Part shown: positions 56,786 to 64,000 of the stretch, one piece after another
Layout: each line of letters opens with the position of its first letter
Numbering within the stretch: the first letter of the stretch is position 1
Source of the DNA: Reyranella sp.
Lineage (GTDB): Bacteria > Pseudomonadota > Alphaproteobacteria > Reyranellales > Reyranellaceae
Reading direction: 5' to 3'
NCBI RefSeq assembly: GCF_965279625.1
Contig: NZ_OZ257251.1
Span: forward strand, 2,282,061-2,346,060
DNA: 64,000 bases
The notes under the pieces: generated by a model
Seen by the model: only the letters and a program-made list of their open reading frames with translations
Databases searched by the model: none
Told to the model about the DNA's origin: nothing
Program-made: the position numbers and the translations under genes

Positions 56786-58087
56786 TCACCTCCGCTTCAG
56801 GTCCGCCAGCAGCCGATTGACGAACTTGGGCGAATAACCAACCAGGGCCGTAAGGTCGGCCAGCTCGGTTTCGAGCCGACCCAGCGCCTGGGCGAAGGAT
56901 CCGCCCTTGGCCAGCGCCTGCTCGACCAGAGCATGCGCCTCCCGCTTCCCCATCTTCCGGGCCAGCAGAAACGTCGCGCGCTCGGCCAGCACGGCGGCCT
57001 CGGCGGCGTCCATATTGTCCTGCAGCGCCGCTGTATCGATGGTGAGACCCGACGCGACCTCTGCCATCACCTCGACGGCCGATCCCAATGTTTCAACGAG
57101 CGCCGCGAGCGTCGGCCATTCGGCCTGCCAGCCGCCGAGTGCACGCTCGTGTTCCTGAGGCATGGCCGACACGATGGTTGCCGCCAGCATCGGCGCCCGC
57201 GTCGCGGCCGACAGCACGAGGGCCGCGCCGACCGGATTGCGCTTGTGCGGCATGGTCGAAGAGCTGCCGCGCCCCGGCCCCGACGGCTCGGAGGCCTCAC
57301 CGACTTCGAACTGCATCATCAGCGCAATGTCGCGCGAGGCCTTGGCGAGCGCCCCGACGACCAGCGCGCAATCCTGCGCGAAGGCCGCGACCCGGACCCG
57401 TTGCGTGAACCACGGTCCCGGCGGCAGTGCGAGCTTCAACTGCTTCGCCAGCACCTTCATCACCTGTTCGGCTTCCGGACCCAGCGCCGTCAGGCTTCCC
57501 GAGGCGCCGCCGAACTGCACGATTTGCGTTTCGCCGAAACTCTCCGTGAGCCGCCGCCTGGCGCGGTCGATGTCGGAAGCCCAGCCCGCGATCTTCTGCC
57601 CGAGCGCGAGCGGCGTGGCCGGCTGCAACAGGGTGCGGCCCAGCATGGGCGTTGCACGATGCTTCCTTGCCTGGCGCGCCAAGGCAGAGACGATGCCGTC
57701 GAGCGCCTTCAGGAGCGGCGGCACCGCCTCGCCGAGTTGCAGCACCATCGCGGTGTCGAGGACATCTTGGCTGGTCGCGCCCCAATGGACATAGTCCGCG
57801 GCGCTGGCGTCGCGCCGGGCGACTTCCTGGGTCAGCGCCTTCACCAGTGGCACCGTCAGCGTCGCCGTCCGGCGCGCCGCCTCGCCGAGCGGTGCCGGAT
57901 CGTAGAGCGAGGCATCGCACGCCGTCACGATCACGGAGGCCGCGCGCTTGGGGATCAGACCGGCGGCCGCCGTTGCCACGGCAAGCGCGGCTTCGAAGCG
58001 AAGCATGTGGCGCAAGGTGGCTGTGTCGGAAAAGGCTTCGGCCGTCGCAAACGACGAACCCAAGGCAGTGACGAGACGGCCGGCCAT
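56786..58087 (-). CDS. pcaB: 3-carboxy-cis,cis-muconate cycloisomerase
   Basis: HWGATSQD, GRTLLQPA, SSTMPHKRNP fumarase/aspartase signature, HERALGGWQAEW. Confidence 0.93.
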   Translation of the reverse strand: MAGRLVTALGSSFATAEAFSDTATLRHMLRFEAALAVATAAAGLIPKRAASVIVTACDASLYDPAPLGEAARRTATLTVPLVKALTQEVARRDASAADYVHWGATSQDVLDTAMVLQLGEAVPPLLKALDGIVSALARQARKHRATPMLGRTLLQPATPLALGQKIAGWASDIDRARRRLTESFGETQIVQFGGASGSLTALGPEAEQVMKVLAKQLKLALPPGPWFTQRVRVAAFAQDCALVVGALAKASRDIALMMQFEVGEASEPSGPGRGSSSTMPHKRNPVGAALVLSAATRAPMLAATIVSAMPQEHERALGGWQAEWPTLAALVETLGSAVEVMAEVASGLTIDTAALQDNMDAAEAAVLAERATFLLARKMGKREAHALVEQALAKGGSFAQALGRLETELADLTALVGYSPKFVNRLLADLKRR

Positions 58088-58091
58088 GCGG

Positions 58092-58655
58092 TCAGCAGTC
58101 GAAGAAGACGGTTTCGTGGGCGCCGCCCAGATAAAGAGGCAGCCGCCAGACGCCTGCCTCATCACGTGTGGCAATCAGGGTGGCGCGCCGCGCGGGATCG
58201 ACGAGCTTCAGCACAGGATCCTCGGCCAGCGCCGGATCGCCCTCGAAGTAGAGCCGGGTCGCGAGGCGATTGAGGACACCGCGCGCAAACACGGAGATGT
58301 TGATGTGCGCCGCCTGCAGTCCGCCCGCCGGCCACGGCACGCGACCGGGCTTCACCGTGCCGAAGCGCGCGCAGCCCGTCGTGTCGGTCGACGCCCGGCC
58401 GAAGCCTTCGAAGCCGACATCGAGCGGCAGATTGCGGCGATCCTCAGGGTGGTTGTAGCGGCCGTGGCTGTTGGCCTGCCAGATCTCGAGCAGGCCGTCC
58501 GGCACGATCGCGCCCTCAGCGTCGTGCAAGGTGAGCGCGATCTCGATCTTCTCGCCCGCGACGCCGGGCACCGCCAGGTCCTGGCGATAGGCGTTCGTGA
58601 CGGTGCCGAAATAGAACGGGCCGATCGTCTGCGACGGCGTCAGCGCGCGGCTCAT
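58092..58655 (-). CDS. pcaG: Protocatechuate 3,4-dioxygenase alpha subunit
   Basis: TPSQTIGPFY, EIWQAN, TVKPG and LNRLATRLYF; ATGA overlap with pcaH. Confidence 0.95.
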   Translation of the reverse strand: MSRALTPSQTIGPFYFGTVTNAYRQDLAVPGVAGEKIEIALTLHDAEGAIVPDGLLEIWQANSHGRYNHPEDRRNLPLDVGFEGFGRASTDTTGCARFGTVKPGRVPWPAGGLQAAHINISVFARGVLNRLATRLYFEGDPALAEDPVLKLVDPARRATLIATRDEAGVWRLPLYLGGAHETVFFDC

Positions 58656-59353
58656 GGGTTCTCCATCGGCGTGGCGTCGCGGCCGCGCAGCACGATGTCG
58701 AAGCGATATCCCAGCGCCCAGCCCGGCTGCGTCGCGTCCATGTCGAAGGCGGCCTGCAGCCGTTCCCGCGCGCCTTCCGGCACCGAGTTGTAAATCGGGT
58801 CGAAGGCCAGAAGCGGATCGTCCTGGAAATACATCTGCGTGATCAGGCGCGTGGCGAAGGCGGGCCCGAACAGCGAGAAATGGATATGCGCCGGCCGCCA
58901 GGCATTGTGGTGGTTGCCCCACGGATAGGCGCCGGGCTTGATGGTGATGAACCTGTAGTTGCCGTCGGCATCGGCGCGGGCGCGGCCGCCACCGTAGAAA
59001 TTCGGATCGAGCGGCGCATCGTGCTGGTCGCCGGGATGGTGGTAGCGACCGGCCGCGTTGCACTGCCAGATCTCGACCACCGCCTCAGGGACTGGCCGGC
59101 CGTCCTCGTCGAGGACGCGACCGTGCACGATGATGCGTTCGCCGAGCGGCGCGCCCATGCGCTTACGGGTGAGATCGTTCTCGCCGGCATCGAGCCGCTC
59201 CTCGCGCAGCAGCGGCCCTGTGATCTCCGACAGCGTGTGCGGCAGCACGATCGCCGGCTTCGAGGGCGATCGGCTGACCGTCGACTTGTAGGCCGGCGAG
59301 AGATTGGGCGGGTGATGCCCCGCGGCAGGACGACGGTAGGTTTCCTCTTTCAT
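58652..59353 (-). CDS. pcaH: Protocatechuate 3,4-dioxygenase beta subunit
   Basis: Iron ligands GRYHH, PGAYPW, WRPAHIHFS. Confidence 0.96.
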   Translation of the reverse strand: MKEETYRRPAAGHHPPNLSPAYKSTVSRSPSKPAIVLPHTLSEITGPLLREERLDAGENDLTRKRMGAPLGERIIVHGRVLDEDGRPVPEAVVEIWQCNAAGRYHHPGDQHDAPLDPNFYGGGRARADADGNYRFITIKPGAYPWGNHHNAWRPAHIHFSLFGPAFATRLITQMYFQDDPLLAFDPIYNSVPEGARERLQAAFDMDATQPGWALGYRFDIVLRGRDATPMENP

Positions 59354-59368
59354 GCTGCCGAGCTTAGC
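59351..59368 (-). promoter_or_regulatory. Leaderless-type promoter for pcaH
   Basis: GC-TAAGCT-CGGCAGC-ATG, no Shine-Dalgarno. Confidence 0.5.
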
Positions 59369-59374
59369 CCCGGC

Positions 59375-60913
59375 TCAGGCCGCGCGCACCTCCAACCCCT
59401 GCGGCGTGGCGCGATAGCCCGTGAGGGTCCGCTCGGCATAGCCCAGCCGCCAGTCCAGCATCTTGCGGGCATAGTCGGCGACCGTGGCCGCATAGGCCGG
59501 ATCGGTGGCGCAGTTGACGAACTGGCCGGGATCCTTTTCGAGGTCGAACAGGAGCGGCGGCAGGGCCGCGAAGTGCACGTACTTGAATTTTTCGTCCTGC
59601 ACGACGGCCAGCGAGCATTTGTCCATCGGCACACCCAGCGCCGATTCAGGCTTGGTGTAATGGAGGTCGCGGAAGTCGAACTCGTAGTGGACCTCGGTGC
59701 GCCAGTCGGCCGGCACCGTGCCTTCGCAGAAGGGAAGCAGCGAGCGGCCGTCGCACTGGCGCGGCACCGGCAGCCCCATCCAGTCGAGGAGGGTCGGCAT
59801 GGTGTCGATCGTCTCGGTGAAGCGATCGACGATCGTGCCCCGGGTACCGTTCGCCTCGGCCCGCGGATCGCGGATGACCATCGGGATGCGATAGGATTCG
59901 TCGAAGTAGCCGATCTTGCCCAGCAGGTGATGATCGCCGCCCTGCTCGCCATGGTCGCAGGTAAAGACGATCAGCGTGTCGTCCCACTGTCCCGTGTCCT
60001 TCAGATAGTCGAAGACGCGGCCCAGATGATCGTCGATCTCGCTCATCAGGCCGCAATAGGTGGCGCGCATCTGCGCCACTTCGGCCTCGGTCATGTCCGA
60101 ACCGAGCGCCTGCCCGTCCTGGAAGAAGCTCGCCTGCTTGATGTTGCGCACATAGTAGTCGAGCAGCGCGTTCTGCTTGCCCTCTTCCGCCGCGGACGCC
60201 GCGCGCACCGGCTTCGGCATGTCCTCGGGGCGATACATGGAATTGTAGGGCTCGGGCGCGATGAACGGCGGATGCGGCCGGTAGTAGCCGAGATGCAGGA
60301 ACCACGGCTTGCCGCCGCGCCCCCGCAGATAGTCAAGGCCACGCTCGGTGAACCAGGCGGTGTCGGACAGTTCCTTCGGAATGACAGCCGGCCGCCCCGT
60401 CGCGCCGGCGCCCGCCTCTCCTTGCGGCAGCCAGATCTCCTCGCGGGTCTTCGGCAGTTCGAAGCCCTGGCTGGCAATCCAGCCGAAATAGGCGTCACGG
60501 TTCTCGAAGGCGCCGACCGAATGGAAGCCCTCCATGATGTCGCCCAGCACGAAGAAGCGCGGATCGTTGGGCGCGGTCTGGCGCGGATCGGGCGTCGTCG
60601 TCGTATAGCCCACGAGCGCGGGATCGTAGCCGCCGCGCCGCAGCTCGTGCGCCAGGTTGGTGAAGCGCGAGGACAGCGGAATCGTGTTCTGCACCGCGCG
60701 ATGGTTCATCATGTACTGGCCCGTGAGCAGGCTGGCGCGCGCCGGGCCGCAGGGCACGGCCTGGGTGAAATGGTTGCGGAACGTCACGCCCTCGGCGCAC
60801 AGCCGGTCGAGATTGGGCAGCTTCAGGTAGTCCGCGCCCAGCTTGGGCAGCATCAGCCCGCGCCACTGGTCGACGACGATCAACAGGACATTCTTGGACG
60901 CAGGCATGTTCAT
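59375..60913 (-). CDS. pehA: Phosphonate monoester hydrolase / phosphodiesterase (alkaline phosphatase superfamily)
   Basis: IVVDQWR, formylglycine motif CGPARASLLTG, GYTTTTPDPR, YRPHPPF, DHGEQGGDHHLLGK; closely matches my recollection of Burkholderia/Rhizobium PMH. Confidence 0.85.
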   Translation of the reverse strand: MNMPASKNVLLIVVDQWRGLMLPKLGADYLKLPNLDRLCAEGVTFRNHFTQAVPCGPARASLLTGQYMMNHRAVQNTIPLSSRFTNLAHELRRGGYDPALVGYTTTTPDPRQTAPNDPRFFVLGDIMEGFHSVGAFENRDAYFGWIASQGFELPKTREEIWLPQGEAGAGATGRPAVIPKELSDTAWFTERGLDYLRGRGGKPWFLHLGYYRPHPPFIAPEPYNSMYRPEDMPKPVRAASAAEEGKQNALLDYYVRNIKQASFFQDGQALGSDMTEAEVAQMRATYCGLMSEIDDHLGRVFDYLKDTGQWDDTLIVFTCDHGEQGGDHHLLGKIGYFDESYRIPMVIRDPRAEANGTRGTIVDRFTETIDTMPTLLDWMGLPVPRQCDGRSLLPFCEGTVPADWRTEVHYEFDFRDLHYTKPESALGVPMDKCSLAVVQDEKFKYVHFAALPPLLFDLEKDPGQFVNCATDPAYAATVADYARKMLDWRLGYAERTLTGYRATPQGLEVRAA

Positions 60914-60978
60914 TCACCGAGGTTGGACGGCGGCGGGATTGCGATAGAGTGCCGCCAAATCGATGGAGGAGACAACAC

Positions 60979-62010
60979 GTGGCGCGTTTCAAGATCGTGA
61001 CGACGGGACCGGGAAAAACCGATCATTCGCTGGAAATGGAGACCCTTGGCCCCATCGGCGCGGAAATCGTCGAGGTTTCGGGCGACGAGGCCGAGCTCAT
61101 CAAGGCGGTAGCCGATGCCGACGCCATCTACGGCAAGGGCCGCCCCCGGATCACCGCCAAGGTGATCGAGGCAGGCAAGAAGCTGAAGGTCGTGTCGCTG
61201 GGCAGCGTCGGTGTCGATTCGGTCGACGTGGACACGGCCACCCAGCTCGGCATCCCGGTCACCAACGTTCCCGACACCTTCATCGAGGAAGTGGCCGACC
61301 ATGCCATGACACTGATCCTGGCAAGCTGGCGGCGCCTGGTGGTGCAGGACCAGATGGTGCGCAAGGGCGAGTGGGCCAAGGGCCGGCCGCACCTCTACCA
61401 GTTCCCGCGCCTGATGGGCATGACCCTGGGCTTCATCTCGTTCGGCCACGTCGCCCGCGCCGTCGCCAAGCGCGCCGCGCCGTTCGGCTTCCAGATGCTG
61501 GCCTATGATCCCTATATCGAGGAACTGGTGATGTCCGACTACGGTGTCCAGCCGGTCGGCTATGACGAGCTGCTGCAGCGATCCGACATCGTCAGCATGC
61601 ACGCGCCCGGCACCAAGGACGCCCATCACCTGATGAAGGAACAGCACTTCCGCCAGATGAAGAAGACGGCGCTGTTCGTGAACACCGGCCGCGGCTCGAC
61701 GGTCGACGAGCCGGCCATGATCAAGGCGCTGCAGGAAGGCTGGATCGCCGGCGCCGGCCTCGACGTGCTGGAGACCGAGCCGGTCGGCCACAACAACCCC
61801 CTGCTCGGCATGGACAACGTCATCCTGACCGCCCACGTCGCCTCGGCCTCGAGCCGCTTCGATCCCGCACGCAAGCGTCGCGTCGGCGCCGAACTCGCCC
61901 TGGTGCTGGGCGGCAGGTGGCCGCGCGCCTGCGTCAATCCGATGGTGCTGGAGAAATCCAAGCTGCAGCGCTGGCAGCCCTTCTCGATGGAGCGCGGCCC
62001 CGGCAACTAG
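60979..62010 (+). CDS. D-2-hydroxyacid dehydrogenase family (CtBP-like)
   Basis: GTG start after GGAGGAG. GFISFGHVA, NTGRG, DVLETEP, TAHVAS. Confidence 0.88.
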   Translation: MARFKIVTTGPGKTDHSLEMETLGPIGAEIVEVSGDEAELIKAVADADAIYGKGRPRITAKVIEAGKKLKVVSLGSVGVDSVDVDTATQLGIPVTNVPDTFIEEVADHAMTLILASWRRLVVQDQMVRKGEWAKGRPHLYQFPRLMGMTLGFISFGHVARAVAKRAAPFGFQMLAYDPYIEELVMSDYGVQPVGYDELLQRSDIVSMHAPGTKDAHHLMKEQHFRQMKKTALFVNTGRGSTVDEPAMIKALQEGWIAGAGLDVLETEPVGHNNPLLGMDNVILTAHVASASSRFDPARKRRVGAELALVLGGRWPRACVNPMVLEKSKLQRWQPFSMERGPGN

Positions 62011-62033
62011 GCCGGCGCCCTATCCTCTGCGGC

Positions 62034-62216
62034 TCAGGACTTCTGTTGCTCAAGCCGGTCGCGCATCGCCCGGTCGCACTGCGCCAGGCTTTCGAACGGC
62101 CCGATGATGACATGGCCACCGTCATCCATCGCATACCATCCGGTCTGGGTGAGGTTGTAGTCGCCCAGATCCTCACTCGGGACATGGACGGCGATCAGAT
62201 CCTTCGGCGTGCGCAT
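62034..62216 (-). CDS. Small hypothetical protein (60 aa)
   Basis: Fills the gap between two convergent genes; GC3-biased codons; GWY and GPF motifs. Confidence 0.6.
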   Translation of the reverse strand: MRTPKDLIAVHVPSEDLGDYNLTQTGWYAMDDGGHVIIGPFESLAQCDRAMRDRLEQQKS

Positions 62217-62247
62217 TCACTGCACATGCGCCCGCCGAGGGGCCTTT

Positions 62248-63228
62248 TCAACCCCGGCGGGTCCAGCTCCCAAGATTGACCGCGTCGGGCGGCACCTCGC
62301 CCTTCACCAGCGCCTCGACCTGACGGACCGTGTCCATCGCCTGGCTCTCGCTGGCAGGCGGCGTCAGACCGCCGATATGCGGCGTCGCGATGACGTTGGG
62401 CAGGCGCGCCAGCTCGGGCGACGGCATCTGGTCAGGTGCGCGTCCGACATCCATCGCCGCGCCGGCTATGCCTCCCGCGCGCAGAACCTCCGCGAGGGCC
62501 GCCTCGTCGACCAGGTTGCCGCGCGACATGTTGATGAAGAAGGCGTCCGGCTTCATGCGGGCGAAGGCTGCGGCATCCAGCAGGTTCTCGGTCTCTTCGT
62601 TGGCGATGGCGAGACAGATCACGTAGTCGGCCTTCGCCAGCAGGTCCTCCATCGGCAGCTTCACGTACCGGGGATCGTCGACCTGGGCATAGGGATCGGA
62701 CACCAGCACGGTCATGCCGAGCTGAGCCAGCACCGGTGCCAGCGCGCGCGAGATGCGGCCGTAGCCGATGATGCCGACGGTCGATCCGCCCAGCTGCCGG
62801 CCGACCTTGATCTCCGGCTTGCGGCCTTCGTGATAGACCGTTGCCGCCCGCGTGATGCCTCGCGACAGATCAACCAGGAACCCGAGCGCGAGTTCGACCA
62901 CCGACGGGACGAAGCCCGCTTCCGCATGGGTCACGAGCACGCCCGCCTTCGTGGCCGCCGCGACGTCGATATTGCGGATGTCGATGGCGCTGCGCATCAC
63001 CACCCGAAGCCCCGGCAGGCTTTCGAACACGATCGCCGGTATCGCCGTCGCGCGATCGGCAACGATGAAGTCGACGCCGCGCGCCATCGCGATCACGTCC
63101 TGAGGATCGAGCGGCACCTCGCCCTCATGCAGCACGACCTCGACCAGCTCCTGCAGTCGCGTGAGGGCGCGGGTTCCATAGTATTGCCGCCGGGCGAGCG
63201 GGGCGTGGGTCAGGAGAAGCTTGTTCAT
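62248..63228 (-). CDS. D-2-hydroxyacid dehydrogenase family protein
   Basis: GIIGYGRI, NMSRG, TPHIGG motifs. Confidence 0.88.
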   Translation of the reverse strand: MNKLLLTHAPLARRQYYGTRALTRLQELVEVVLHEGEVPLDPQDVIAMARGVDFIVADRATAIPAIVFESLPGLRVVMRSAIDIRNIDVAAATKAGVLVTHAEAGFVPSVVELALGFLVDLSRGITRAATVYHEGRKPEIKVGRQLGGSTVGIIGYGRISRALAPVLAQLGMTVLVSDPYAQVDDPRYVKLPMEDLLAKADYVICLAIANEETENLLDAAAFARMKPDAFFINMSRGNLVDEAALAEVLRAGGIAGAAMDVGRAPDQMPSPELARLPNVIATPHIGGLTPPASESQAMDTVRQVEALVKGEVPPDAVNLGSWTRRG

Positions 63229-63241
63229 GCCGCCGAGCTTA
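63226..63241 (-). promoter_or_regulatory. Leaderless-type promoter
   Basis: TAAGCT-CGGCGGC-ATG, 15/16 identical to the pcaH upstream sequence. Confidence 0.5.
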
Positions 63242-63370
63242 CGCCGGCAGCGCGCCGAAAGAACGTAGCAGGCGGTCGTAACAGGCTTTCAGGAGTGCCA
63301 ACGAGCAACATTGTTGCGCCAACGGTCGCCGCGACCCGGGATTCAGGGGGTGCGACATTCGTTGCAGTTG

Positions 63371-63401
63371 TTTCGTTTATTTCGTTTGTTTCGTTTATTC
63401 G
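63371..63401. repeat. Short tandem repeat (TTTCGTTTR)x3
   Basis: TTTCGTTTA TTTCGTTTG TTTCGTTTA TTCG in an intergenic region. Confidence 0.8.
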
Positions 63402-63429
63402 CCCTGACCCCGACGTTTTCAACGGCCTG

Positions 63430-63828
63430 CTAGCTCTTCATCGGCGTCGCTTCGCCCAGCAGGGACACGTGGGCGGCGACGATGCGCCAACCCTCCGGGG
63501 TCCGCATCCAGGTGTGGCTCTGCCGGCCGGGCTTGCTCGCGCCGTGCCGCTGGAACTCGCAGTTGGCCGTGCCGAAGTCGCGGCCGTAGGTGACGATCCA
63601 GAGCTTCAGCAGGTCGCGGTTCGGCACGAACTGCGGATTGCGGCCCGAGCGGAAGGCGGCGATCTGGTCGTGCCCGTAGAGCTGCTCGCCGACGCCGTAG
63701 CGCAGCGTGTGCGGGCTCTTCCAGAAGAGTTCGTCCAGTACCTCGACGTCGTTGCTGTTGAGCGCCGCCTCGTAGCGATTGAACGCGGCCGTCACCTCGG
63801 CGACGACTTCCGGGATGTTGATCTCCAT
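63430..63828 (-). CDS. hpxZ: HpxZ/AtzH-like (DUF3225, SnoaL-fold) protein
   Basis: [35 protein letters not shown]. Confidence 0.88.
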   Translation of the reverse strand: MEINIPEVVAEVTAAFNRYEAALNSNDVEVLDELFWKSPHTLRYGVGEQLYGHDQIAAFRSGRNPQFVPNRDLLKLWIVTYGRDFGTANCEFQRHGASKPGRQSHTWMRTPEGWRIVAAHVSLLGEATPMKS

Positions 63829-63837
63829 GACTACTCC

Positions 63838-63999
63838 TTACGCAGGCGGCGCGGCGGCGACGCCGAGCTTCTGCAGATGGGCGGCCACGCGCAACGCGGC
63901 CTGTTCGTTGTAGGGCTTGGCGATGAGCTGCACGCCGATCGGGAGACCACCCGGCCGCTGCAAGGGCGCCACGGCGACCGGCAGGCCGATGAAGGAGAT
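63838..63999 (-). CDS. C-terminal fragment of an amidase-signature enzyme (AtzE-like), truncated by the window edge
   Basis: Manual translation ISFIGLPVAVAPLQRPGGLPIGVQLIAKPYNEQAALRVAAHLQKLGVAAAPPA*; directly upstream of hpxZ. Confidence 0.8.
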   Translation of the reverse strand: MSFIGLPVAVAPLQRPGGLPIGVQLIAKPYNEQAALRVAAHLQKLGVAAAPPA

Positions 64000-64000
64000 C

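Noticed and set aside
63229-63429. Glycine riboswitch (CTTTCAGG-like motif near 63286)
   Set aside because: The motif is on the wrong strand for the downstream gene and the other conserved aptamer elements are missing.

Overview
GC-rich bacterial chromosomal segment, most likely alphaproteobacterial (a Reyranella-like assignment is an inference from gene content, not verified). It is densely packed with about 60 metabolic genes. I found no rRNA, tRNA, CRISPR array, transposase or prophage. Main blocks: (1) a form II CoxL/xanthine dehydrogenase-type molybdoenzyme fragment, a thiolase-like/DUF35 pair, a luciferase-like monooxygenase and a long oxidoreductase/hydrolase run (two-domain CoA-transferase, nitronate monooxygenase, frmA, MBL hydrolase, SMP-30, three SDRs); (2) a phosphonate locus (LysR, Fe-ADH, phnDCE) with no C-P cleaving gene in the window; (3) CoA-transferase + hydantoinase/oxoprolinase A/B + TctC; (4) alsS, a 3-hydroxybenzoate 6-hydroxylase-like gene, an Mct-like CoA transferase and an OYE; (5) a complete urease/urea-uptake cluster, ureD-ureA-ureBC-ureE-ureF-DUF3995-ureG-ureJ-urtABCDE; (6) greB, pcaHGB, a phosphonate monoester hydrolase, two D-2-hydroxyacid dehydrogenases and hpxZ/atzE-like genes. 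The top observation is a urease whose beta and alpha subunits are fused in one 681-aa ORF while gamma stays separate. Other highlights: a 132-bp palindromic element lying in frame inside a CoA-transferase gene, several REP/MITE-like families, three sigma-54-type promoter motifs (one overlapping the ureD stop codon) and three leaderless-type promoters. All product calls come from motif and family recognition by eye; no database search was run. Many start codons were moved from the ORF track using RBS or gene-overlap logic.
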